DNA from: Utricularia gibba
Lineage: Eukaryota > Plantae > Magnoliophyta
NCBI GenBank assembly: GCA_002189035.1
Contig: NEEC01000010.1
Location: forward strand, 310,001 to 374,000
Reading direction: 5' to 3'
Length of the DNA: 64,000 bases
Part shown: piece by piece, positions 23,400 through 34,805 of the stretch
Numbering within the stretch: the stretch's first letter is position 1
How the letters are laid out: the number at the start of each line of letters is the position of its first letter
Made by a program: the position numbers and the translations under genes
The notes under the pieces: model-generated
Databases searched by the model: none
What the model was told of the DNA's origin: nothing
The model's input: the letters and a program-made list of their open reading frames with translations, nothing else

Positions 23400-24074
23400 T
23401 GTTGAGCAACTGTAGGGCTCTATTAATTAGAATATAAATGCAAGCAATGATAAAAAGTATCTCTCAGTGACCAAGTTCAAAACACAAACATATTTAAGCA
23501 TGCAAGGTGCCCTTAAGCGATAAATGTCAAGTATTTAGATTCAAGAGAATGAAAGTTTTGAAACTAGGAGAGTGATAATAATCCATATCTCCTTGGGTGA
23601 TAACACACAAAATTTCCTATTATTAGAATAATAAAATTATGCTTTTGAATCATATTTTAAGTGATGATATTGAGGACTATATTAGCCGAAAACATGATGA
23701 ATGACTTGGGTTATTTCAAATTGTGAGTATATGAACATGGTAGATTAAGTTAGTCATCTTAGCACCACATCACCTGCACATCCTTAAGACATTTTAGTAT
23801 TAATTTATACTAGAACCAGTATCTATTATTTCAAGCGTTGAGACTTGAAATTGTTCATTGAGCTTGCTTACTATTGTTAGTTTGAACTTAGATTAAGAAC
23901 CACTGTTTTGATCTAAGTTGAAACACTTAGCAAGCACAAGCTCCTTGTGATCGATCCTGAATTCCACTTTACATTTTGTGTTTGATTTTTATCTTGTGAG
24001 AATTAAGACTTATAAATTTATTTGATTCAAAGGTTTCTATTTTTACAATGACATTAGGAAATTTTTGTTTATCA
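23400..24074 (+). mobile_element. 5'-truncated LTR fragment related to the C/D LTR 3' half
   Basis: Shares AAACACTTAGCAAGCACAAGCTC and the end ...ATTAGGAAATTTTTGTTTATCA (24074) with the C LTR. No PBS follows; start not resolved. Confidence 0.7.
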
Positions 24075-24415
24075 TTCACAAGGTTGCTCCCCCTATTATT
24101 AGGTGATCTTTCATCCACCTTGACCTCACTTTAGCAATTAGGTTGCTTAATGGGCAGCAACCTTCAGCTCACTTCATTTCCTTAGTGTGTGATGAAAGGT
24201 GATTTTTCAAGTCAAAAAAATTCACTACATCAAAACATTTATAAACCAACCAAGCAATCTACATATATTCAACAAGTAAATTAATAGCTATAGTAAGTTC
24301 AGCTCAATCCATTGAGAGCAATGACTTTTTCATTATAAGTCTTATGTGTGAGATAAATTATGTTTGAGTTTTTATAGAGTGGGTCTAGGTACTTAAGAAA
24401 TGAAACATTGCATGA

Positions 24416-25556
24416 TGATAAACGAAAAATTATGCAATGTCGTTAAATACAAATTTCTCCTATCAAATAAATTTATAACCTAATACACATTCAAGCATAA
24501 AACAATTATGAGCATAGTGATTAGGGTCGAACACGAAGAGCAGGTGCTTGCTATGTGAAGGTCAATGCATGAAATCAGTGTCACGTTGGTAAAATTGTTC
24601 TTAGCTAGGACTAAAGCAGAACTAAAACTAAATACAGTAAAGAAAAGTAATAGGTTCTGGAGTTCGGTTCTTTCTGGAATGAAATGGGTGATGTCTTGGG
24701 ACTCCTAGGGGGTGTATGCTCATCACTAAACAAACTCATACAAACTACAAATCATACAACTAACTCACAAGGTCTAGGTCTACCCGGACCCTTGTTTTTC
24801 CCCCTAATCTTTGGTCTACCTCTAATTAGAGTTGTTAAGTTGAGTTTCACTACTTCCCTCTTCTGGATCTATCTTGGTTTGTTAAGGAAATGGCGTAACT
24901 TATGGTTCATTAGATCTAAGGATGGATTAGCATATTTCTTCCCTTTTCACCCCAAGGCACCCCCTAAGTGCTTAGCCATTCATGCTTAAGACAAATGAAA
25001 ATAGAAGAGAAAACATCATCCACAATGCATTCATGTATCAATTGACTACTAGAAAATAAACAAGTAGGAAACTGAAATGTTCGACAGAAAGCTAGAAAAC
25101 GTCGCTAGCTAATCTTAGTTAGGAGTAATAATCCTTGGAAAATAGAAAATAATCTTCAGCATGAGCTTAGTTCCTGTTAATCTTCATCCTTCTTCCTCCC
25201 TAGAAAACCTTCTCCAAAAAGTTGTTCGTGAGTCTCCAAGGGGAGATCTACCTTCTCTCTCCAACTTTCCCTCCTTTTGTCCAAAATCTCCCTTTTTTCC
25301 TCGGATTTTGTGTGTACTACTTTTCAGACTTTTGAACTCATCTTCTGTCACTACACTATGCATACTCGGCTCCTTGGGATTTGTGTTGCGACCTATACTG
25401 CATTACTCGAATAAAACTATTAGAAGGTTGGGACTAAATCGTAGACTATTACAGTGCTTATGCGCAAAAATATAAAACTAGGTAATAAAACTAAATTTTT
25501 GTAGTGCGAAATGAGTAAATTCTATGTATTGAGTCACTCAAAAATATGTGTTATCA
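24416..25556 (-). mobile_element. Solo LTR, family A copy 2
   Basis: Reverse complement of 2581-3756; TG..CA ends; perfect TSD CATGA (24411-24415, 25557-25561). Confidence 0.93.
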
Positions 25557-26599
25557 CATGAAAATTATAAAATAGTGCCCAGACAATCTACGAAAGGAAT
25601 TAAGTGCTTTAAGCTAGGGTTTTGATTTGGAGCATTCACCATTTAATCATGGTAACACTAGATAAAATCTTGATTAAAGCTAAACACATTCAAACTTGCA
25701 TAAACTTGATTAAACTAGGCATTGATTGAAATAAATGACTGAAACATTGAATGAACACTGACCTAGCAAACACAAATCTTCAATGAAAAAGATGCTAGTC
25801 CAATACAAAATAAAATAAAGTGAAGCAGACTAAAACTAATGTAAATTGTTCCTAGTTCACAAATCTAGAGTTCCTCCCCAACAAATGCAGTCACATTGCC
25901 AGCTTTTTCTTCATTTTCTAGTTTCTATTCTTGTTTGAAGTGACCTCTAACACTGCATTATGTTCATCCAATTTGCTTTCCCATCCAATTGTGGTAATCT
26001 TTCTAGTAATTGGCTACTTCTACTCTCGAGTTAAAGTTGATATTGAGTTCTTGAAGTTGCATCTTTGTTATTGCAAATGCGATGTCTCTAGAAAAATTTG
26101 AGGTTTTCGTAAAAACTTCTCCTAAAACTTCTCAAATTGAAAGATGAATTCTATTCTAGATCTTGCATACAAAATGACCTCCTCTTGCCCTCCGATTTTT
26201 GCCCTTTTTATTCTTGCCAATGGATTATGCTAGTTTACCTCTCATTGTAATAGCTAGAACAACGTATCATGAAAATCCTCCTTTTTCGATGTAGCAGATC
26301 TATCTTCTATTATTCCCACCACTTGCTTAGAAAATATCTCAAATAATGATTAAATAACCTGGATCTAGCTTGAATAAATCCAATTTCAAATAAATTTTCT
26401 AGCTCTAACGAGACATAGTTATACACAGATTCTTAAGCCTAAAAAATGCATAGTTTTGGGCTATACTTGTATGCAAATAAAGGTCATGTAATTTGAATGA
26501 TTCTATCTTCTAAATCCTGCATTTTTGACTCATTTCTCATGAAACTAAAATGTAGAAACAATAAAAAAAATACAAAATATCAGTATGCTCCTTATCGAG

Positions 26600-28350
26600 T
26601 ACCTTATTTAGAGAGGGTTTTTGAGGGTTGCCAGCCCTTTTTCTTTCCTCTAGCCCCCTAGTGTTCTGTTCTTGTCTCATGAACCATTAGGCATCCTTGT
26701 TCCAATAATTTATATAGGTGTGTGGTGGACATGTTACATCCTTCTATATTATGGGATATAGTTTAATGGCTGTTACAGAATTTTTGTACTCCCAACATTG
26801 ATATAATGTTCTCTTGAGGGGCCTAGACATTTTATGTAACTTCAACATCTTGATCTCTTTAGAAGTATCCATTGGTTTAATCTTGATGGCTACTTTACAT
26901 TCCCTTGCATCATGCTAACACCAGATTGTTGTCCAACACAATATATTTTGTGCACAAGTAGATGAGATCTACCTATGTCTCCAGTAGTTGGGGGATGATG
27001 TTTTAGCCTAGATCACATGGGCGAGTATAATTTTTCAAAGCTTCCACCCTCTTCTTCAACATATGATAAAAGCCCTACACTAATTTATTGAAACTCTCCT
27101 CAAAACTCCAAAAATATTCTCTCTTGTATTCATATTCCAAGACTTATGATTCTATCTTTTGTCCTTGAATGCATGTACTCATTATGTATTTGGTCAAAAC
27201 AAGAAGAAAAAGTCATTCAACCATCAAATGGTACTTGGAGGGATGGTTTCATGCCATTTGCACATTTCCTTGGAGGCTGCAAGTAGATAGGCGACATTTT
27301 GATCCCACCAATTTTTGTTGTTGTTGTACGCATCTCGATATGCGGCTGAGCTATTGGGAGAGGTCTTCTTTACCATTGTTTTTCATAGCATGAAATTAAT
27401 AACCAAAAGAGAAAATGAGTTGAGTTGTACGCCTATATCCCTAATGACCAATTATGCTCGCTTTCATACACCCGATACGCCTTCATAGCTTCTTTAGTAG
27501 GTTCCATCCTTTGAGGTCAAACCCAAGAAGCAGCATCCTCATAAGACAAGTAGTTCTATGAGCATTTTAGGCTCTACTTCTTTGTGGTCTCAAGTTCGAT
27601 CACAAGCTGTTAGGCTCTTTTGATATTAGGATACCCCAAAAAACACTGGTTTTTTTATCAAGTTTTGAATGACTTTCTTGTGAGATCATTCCTGCATTTC
27701 TTCAAGCATCCGGAGCATGACTAATGATGAATATGGGATGGGTCCATGTCCTTGGAAGTGAGCCTCCATAGTCCTATCTTCCTCAAGTAGTAATTAGGAA
27801 TCCAACTCTCCCCTGATTCCATGTAGGGGAGGTCATTTGTGCCTTAAATCTAACTTTGTTGAGTTGGCTCCCCTCTTTGCTCAATCTTTACTAGGATGCC
27901 TTTCCAACAGTTAGTGCTCGACCCCAAGCATTCTTCAATAGGGTATAGAAAATTCTGTGCATATTGAGAAAAGATGGTTGCCACCCTCTCAATAAAATTA
28001 CCAAGATGACAACTCTATCTTCTTCTAATTGCCCAAAGGTTTGAGAGAGTCTACAAAATCTTATCAAGGCTTGCTTTAGCTCCCATAAGCTCCTATTATG
28101 AGATATTGAGAGGATTCACCTTCTTTGGAAATCTAGGAGGCTTATTGGCTCGCATCATACTTTCACCCTCCTGCATGCCTCATGGCCATTTTTGTGATCT
28201 TATTGTTAGACTTAGTATCAATCCTCCTAAAACATCTATATACCTCATCATTTGCACTAGTAACAATGCCTTATGTCAATAATCATAATTGATGAACTAA
28301 TATAATTACTTTTTTCACACACTGAACTAGTATAAATAGTACTTTAGCAA
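26600..28350 (-). mobile_element. Highly degenerate Ty3/gypsy (possibly Ogre/Tat) gag-protease remnant
   Basis: Only weak, frameshifted echoes of a gag Cys/His motif, the LLGRPW/PSTLHQK region and a G-patch-like stretch, in the expected order. No clean ORF. Confidence 0.3.
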
Positions 28351-28724
28351 TCGAATCCAAACTCATAGGCAACACTCGCATCACCTTAGGTCTTGTTCCC
28401 CCTCCATTGAGGCAGCAGAATTGGATTGATGCGAAATTCTCAAATAGTATTTATTATATTTTATCTATATTTTTGTGGAATGTAAGCTTGCAGTTATCTT
28501 GATGATAAAAATAGTAAGTAGGGAAGAGACTAATGGAAAATAGAGGCCACTTGGCATTCATTTTTATTTTAGGCAAGTAAATGGCCCGAAAGTCAAGGCT
28601 TGAAGCTTGAATCTCTATTTGTTCAATTCTGGTGGTAGTTGGATATTACACGGCTGATGCACATCCTTGTTTTTGGAGTAACAAACGTCATTCAAATGAC
28701 TAGATAGATGTTTTATGGATCATC

Positions 28725-31700
28725 ATGTCTTCTTGGCTTCGATCCGCAATGAACAAAGCAGTGGAAGTAGGGAGCAATGGCCATATTAGTCGTGTCGTAC
28801 GTGGCTATGCCAATAATGTTGTTGATCAAGATAGGATCGTTGGCACCAAGTACTTCCAGGATCATGAGGTACTTTTCATTCATTAAGATTTCTTTCTTTA
28901 ATTAAGGCTTTTTACCATTTCACTTTAGTTATACATAGGAAACAAAAAATATAAATAAAGATATTATTTACTTGTTTCTTTATGATTTTTGTAGGATGGA
29001 TTGGGTTTCCAAAATTTTAAACTTATAGTAAAACAATTAGAGGAGCTTTCTATGTCATGTAGAGGGGTAGAGAGAGTTGAGTTACTAAGAAGATGGCTAG
29101 CAGCCTTGAAAATGGACCACACAAGTGGTTTCCAGAACAACTATGATGAAGTGAACAGGTCTTCATCGAAGCTAACTTTGGTTTGTATCTTACTCCAAAC
29201 TTATGATCTTACTTAATGTTTAGAGCATTTCCACTTATCTCCGTTGTGATGACATGACACCTTAGGCTCTATATCATGATCCTGATCTTGGTGAAGAACT
29301 AATGAATTTCCGAGATATTTTCCTTCAAAGCCAAGCTCTAGAGGGCATTACTTTGTCAATGGTATTGCGAAGTTTGATTGCTATACTTCCCATTTGATAA
29401 AACGTAATCAAGCTAAGCTTCTTTTCTTTTGCACTAGATTCTCGAAGAGCCTAACGAAGGAGAACTTTCTTTGCTTATGGAGATATTTCGGTGACTCTTA
29501 CTTGTCTCATTTGGTTATTGAGATTATAAGACTATGTTGGTCATTTGGAGTATTACATCGCATATAGTTAATGGTATGGTAACTCAAAGTACCAAAGAAC
29601 TCTACTTGGGTTTGTACCTTGCAGTGTCTGCCTTGTGGGTGATGAGGAAGTTTTCAACATTACATTCACTATGGCTCAAGATTTAGCTAGTGTATTTTCA
29701 ACCTGTAATGAAGAAGTTTTGGTACTTAATGCAACACATGAGTTGTCCATAAGTTTAATTGAGTAGTAATCTTTGGATTTGTATGAAACTATAGGCTAAG
29801 AGGGGAGAGTTGCTTCAATATGCACAAGATGCGATAGCTGGGTTGAAAGTGGATGCCGAGATAGAAGGGTGCGGTTGCTTGGTGGCAATACTTTCTTTAT
29901 GATAATTATGAACTTTAACTCTACCTCTCTCTTGTTTGCACATGATCTCAGAATAGATTCAGTAGTCTCCAACATATCTAAGGAACTAGAAGGCAAGAAG
30001 AGTGGATTGCTTGTTAGAATGCAAAAATCAGATAACTGCTTTAGATGGTCATTAGAGGTTAGTGATATAGTGTTAGCATATTGTATCTAGCAAGTTCCTT
30101 CCCACACTAGTAGCTATTAAATTTCTGACGCAATATGATATAAAACTAAATGATTGTAAATGTATCTAGTAGCTTTCTTTAGTGAAGGTATAATATACAA
30201 AGAATATCTATCCAGAGTCTAAAGGAAGCAATTACATATGTTGGACTCTTTTCCCGATTGGAGGAGCTATTGTTGAGAAAGAAAAGCATCCAAAAAGGAG
30301 ACTCTCGAGAAGCCCGTAGTTCCAAGGTATGAGATTGCTACTTTACAGAAATGGCAACTAAGAAACTACATGGAACCATCTCTATTTGGATGCAAGCTTT
30401 CGAGAATTGATGCCTGATGATACATTTAACAACATAAGAAGAAGTGTCACTTTTCCAAATGGTATTATCTTCTTTTTTATTATTCACTAGGTTGATAAAC
30501 TAAAGGTATTAACAGAATCTCTTGCAAGCTCTACAATTAAGGCAGAAAAACGAGTTTTAGAGTTGAGGTTGATTCTTGTTACAGATAGCACACCTCTTAT
30601 TTCTTTAAAAATATCTACGACTAAACCTTGATTTGAGATGCAGGACACAAAAAGAAGAAGCTCTAAAGTTTCGTGTGGCAAAAACAAGTGAAGTGACTCA
30701 GCTTCAAAAGGTTTTAGCTAAAACAACTAAAGTGACTATTTTCAATGTTTTTTTTCTATTTCTTAATTTCATCAATAGGTTTTACTCAAAATAGAACTGG
30801 TGTTTTTGAAGCAATGAGTAACTATTTCTACTCAGGAATTTTTTATTGAGATCACTACTCTTGAGAAGAGAAAATTGGAGTTAGAAGAAGAGCTGAGGAA
30901 GGTCCTTATTCACATCTTACCACAAATGCGAGCAAAATGCACAATCAAAGACACAATGTATATGTTCTTGTGTAGGTCACAACGGCCTTGATAGCTGCAA
31001 ATGCACGCCTTCAAAAAGTAAATGAAGAAAGAGACCAATTTGATGAAGCAAGTAATCATATGATTCAGCATTTCAAATCGAAGGTAGTATCCTTTCGTTC
31101 AAAGCCCTCTTCCTCTTCATTATCATGTTGATTGTGCTATGGCTATGTAGGATGATGACTTGTCAAAATCTATCATGCTATATAGAGCAGAGGAAAAAGT
31201 CTGCAACGCATTTGTTAATTTTCTTGAACGCACCTGGTTTTTCCAAGCATTGAATACCCAAAAAAAGGAGATGCTTATCAAGTAGGTTCATTTTGTCCCC
31301 CATGTCTTCACATCCATCCAATTTTTTTTTACTATAATCATGATTTTATGCATGTACAAGAAATGAGCTGGAGAGGCATCACAATAGCTTTGTCAATTTG
31401 GCTATGTCCCTTTTAGATGCATACAAGGTACTCCAAAAAATTTGGCTTTTTCTTTTCAAGTGTCATATTATGTTGGCAAGATAGCCTTTTTAATCTGCAT
31501 TTGATTGGACAACAGGTGGAGTTCAGAACTTGCATTTCCTTAACTTCAAGTCTTGTGGAGAAATTGAATGGGTATTGCCTCTCTAAATATTCTTTTTGGA
31601 TAATTTGAATTGAGATAATTATCTAGTTCTTCCTTCCAGGTTAGACAATGATGCAGGATCAAAAGCACTAGAAAGAAAAATTGCCATTTAACAATACTCG

Positions 31701-32380
31701 GAAATTGAGACTAAGGTATTACTCATTTTTTTCATGAACCAGTGCTTGTTTAGTGGACTAAACAACATGTTATTTGACAGGTACAAACAATCTTCATTCT
31801 AGTGTATAGCATTAAGAAACAGATTTGTAAGCAAAGCAAATATTTACGGTAAGTGACATGTGTACATTTGGTTAATGAGCTAGTAATGCATCATATTCAT
31901 CCTCATTACATTCCTAGCAGAGAAGATGAAGCCAGGCTAATTGAACAAATAGATGAAATTGAAAAGATGAAAGCTGATTTTGAATCAATGGAGAAACCTG
32001 CACAAGAAGAGATGAAAACAAAGGCAAGGACCTCTAGAGTTCCATTTCTATCTAGACGGATGAGCGTCAAAGGAGAGGAAAAATTAGATGATGATTCTAG
32101 TGCACAAAGGGGGATTGTGTTGCCATTTAATCCTATAGTCAACATGTCTTTGGTAAGGAGTTTATCTAGTGGTGTACTAAAGGAAATCACTGTCAAGTTG
32201 GAACAAATTGAAGAAGGTGTGAGGCTAATAAACAACAAAAAATTCTCAAATGCAGAAGCTCAATTATCCAAGTTGAAGTTAGAGTTGGAACAAGAGAGCC
32301 ACAGTAGAGGTAGTTCCATGGATGGACTCTTTGATTGGGAGTTTGATGAAAAAGTTGACAAAACAACAAAGATTTTGTAA
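28725..32380 (+). CDS. 18-exon plant coiled-coil protein gene (AT5G13560/AT2G37370-like family) with one in-frame TAA in exon 16
   Basis: Exons 28725-28868, 28995-29180, 29266-29361, 29438-29490, 29625-29721, 29795-29868, 29952-30057, 30216-30326, 30491-30567, 30644-30710, 30836-30901, 30976-31083, 31151-31281, 31361-31427, 31516-31571, 31640-31715, 31781-31848, 31918-32380. All GT-AG and phase-consistent. Motifs [35 protein letters not shown] and [14 protein letters not shown]. Family assignment from recall. Confidence 0.88.
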
Positions 32381-32859
32381 CAATCCAAATCACTTGCTAT
32401 TTTTTTACCTCGCTTCATTGTCATTGGATATGATCCATGTCATAGCCAATGTATTATAGTACATGTCACAAGAATTAATGCATCTCTTTTTACTAAACAA
32501 TAACGAGTGGGATGAATGACTCATAAAGATTGAATTATAATGAAAATTTGTGGTAGTAAAAGCATATGTAAGTATTATGGTGTTTTCAAATTTTTGATGC
32601 TTTTTAGAAAGATTTTCATAACATTAAATGGCTTTTGGTTGATTTTTGGAAAGCAATAAGAAGATAAGAAAATAGTAATATGAAAAAAAAAAGAAGTGTT
32701 CACATACGAGGGGAAGGATTCCACTATGGAAGTGAAGAACACGAAGAGTTTAGGAAAGCCTTTAAAATTTCAAGGACAATTTTTGCCTTTTTTTGGATGT
32801 TCTCCACTACCAACAAATCGATCATTATTTCTATTTTTTTCTTGTTTATATACTTGCTA

Positions 32860-34772
32860 TAACAATTGTATGACTTGTCAACAATCTAAGGTTGAGCAAT
32901 TGAAACCAAGGGGTTTGCTCCAACCCCGGAACATTAATAAAAGAAGTTGATTTGAGAACTCATAGATTTTGTGGAAATATTACCCACTTCCAAAGGTATG
33001 AAAGTCATGCTAATAGTGGTAGAACGTTTATCCATATATACTCACTTCATATCTTTGGCTCATTCCTACACTATTGTCTCTATTGCAAAGTTTATGTAGG
33101 GTAGTTTTTAAGTTATGAACTGTCAAAAGCTATCATGAGTAGAGATGAAAGTTGGGCCGAGTCGGGTTGGCCCGACCCTATTTCAGAGGGCCTCGCCACG
33201 TTTCGGGCTAGGGTTGGGCTAAAGCCCGATCACATAAAAATAAGATTAACATGGCCCTAGCTCGATTATTCATAAGGCCAGGTTGGCCCTACTCGACCCA
33301 CGGGCTTACCATATAATAAATAAAAAATTTTAAAAAATTATTAAACATTAATATACATTTTAATATTATTTAAATAATTTATAGAAAAAAATTTAAAATT
33401 ATTATATAAATTATTAATTCATATTATTTATATTTAAAATAAAATAGTATATATAAAATGAATTTAAATTATTCAAAATTAACAATAATTATAATTATTA
33501 TATATAAAATTTCTATTTTTAAATTGGCCCTAGGCCCGAAGCCTAATCGGCCCTAAGGGCTTAGGGCTTTGGGCTAGAAAGCCCGACAATCTTTCAGGTC
33601 ATTTATGTATAGACCCTAGCTTGATGTTTTTTAGGGTCGAACCGAGCCGGCCCACGAGGTTAGGCTTTAACTTTCATCCCTAATCATGAGTGATAGAAAT
33701 TCCATGTTTAGAAGCCCCCTTTGGAGAAACAAAGTTACAACAAATCAAAGACAAAGTTAAAATTTACCATAGCATACCAACCTAAATATAGTAGCCAAAT
33801 AGAAGCTATCAACAAGATTTTGAAAACTTATTTGAGATGTATGATAGAGGACTACCCCAACAAATGAGGGAACTAATTACCTTGTGTTGAGTACATCTAT
33901 AATACCAATGTTCATAGCTCCATTGGAACTATCCCTTTGAATTGATTTGTGGAAGAGCTTCCCCATCACTCATCACTTATAAGGGATGAGCTAAAGTAAC
34001 ACTGGTTGAGTTAGAATTGAGGAATAAAGATGAAATTTTGAAGATGACAAAGGACAAACTCAGACATAACCAATAAATTATGTCCAATTATTATAACAAG
34101 GTGTAAAGTAAATGACAAGGTGTAGCTCAAACTAGAACAAAATACTCCAAGTTACACCTAAGGTATTTTGGACCATTCCAAATCAAAAAGAATTTGGGAG
34201 ATCTTGCCTATGAGTTGTTGCTGCCACCAGAAGTGCAAATTCATCTCATGTTTCATGTGTCATGTTTCATGTGTCCAAGCTCAAGCCTTGCATTGAGGAT
34301 CATGAAGTAGACACACCAATACTACCAAGGGAAAGGACCAAAATTGATGCCTCAAGCCATCTTGTAGAAACATAATTCTAAAGCAAAAGAAGGCACTTAG
34401 AAAGGTTTACATACTGTGAAGGAATGCTATCCTACAACGATGAGAGTTTTGAAAGCATGGTGAGATGTTATGATCACTGATATGGACCTCACCCCTTGAA
34501 CCTCACTCCTTATCTATCAGAGAAGAGGCAAGCCCAATCCAATTGGTGTCAACTAAGGGAAGACACCCTGCCACCACTGCTTTGGTAGGGAAAAACTCAA
34601 AACACAGCTGAGAGGCTGGAGGAGCAGCGCCTGGATGCCGTCTCCTGTTCCATTCCTATTTTCCCTGTTTCCCCTTTTTGTTGATACCTCGTTTAACTCT
34701 GTTCTTAACTCGTTTCTTTATCCTCTACTGAAACTGGAGCCTATTACTCGTTCGAAATCCAAGAACCTAACA
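32860..34772 (+). mobile_element. 5'-truncated chromovirus-type Ty3/gypsy remnant: integrase, chromodomain-like tail and 307-bp 3' LTR (34466-34772)
   Basis: CQQSK...GLLQP, DFVEILPTSKG, IMSDR and YFGPFQI...AYELLLPPEVQIHLMFHVS motifs. LTR TGTTATGA...CCTAACA follows a purine-rich tract. 14-bp tandem duplication CATGTTTCATGTGT near 34250. Confidence 0.8.
33140..33682. mobile_element. hAT-family MITE (543 bp)
   Basis: TIRs TAGAGATGAAAG / CTTTCATCCCTA; perfect 8-bp TSD ATCATGAG (33132-33139, 33683-33690); GGCCC/GGGCC-rich subtermini with an AT-rich core; splits the IMSD codons of the host integrase. Confidence 0.93.
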
Positions 34773-34805
34773 ATCACCAACTAATATACTATGAAGGAAT
34801 GCTAT

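Noticed and set aside
31853-31917. Upstream extension of the 175-aa ORF (MTCVHLV...)
   Set aside because: Intronic read-through; the real exon starts at the acceptor at 31918.
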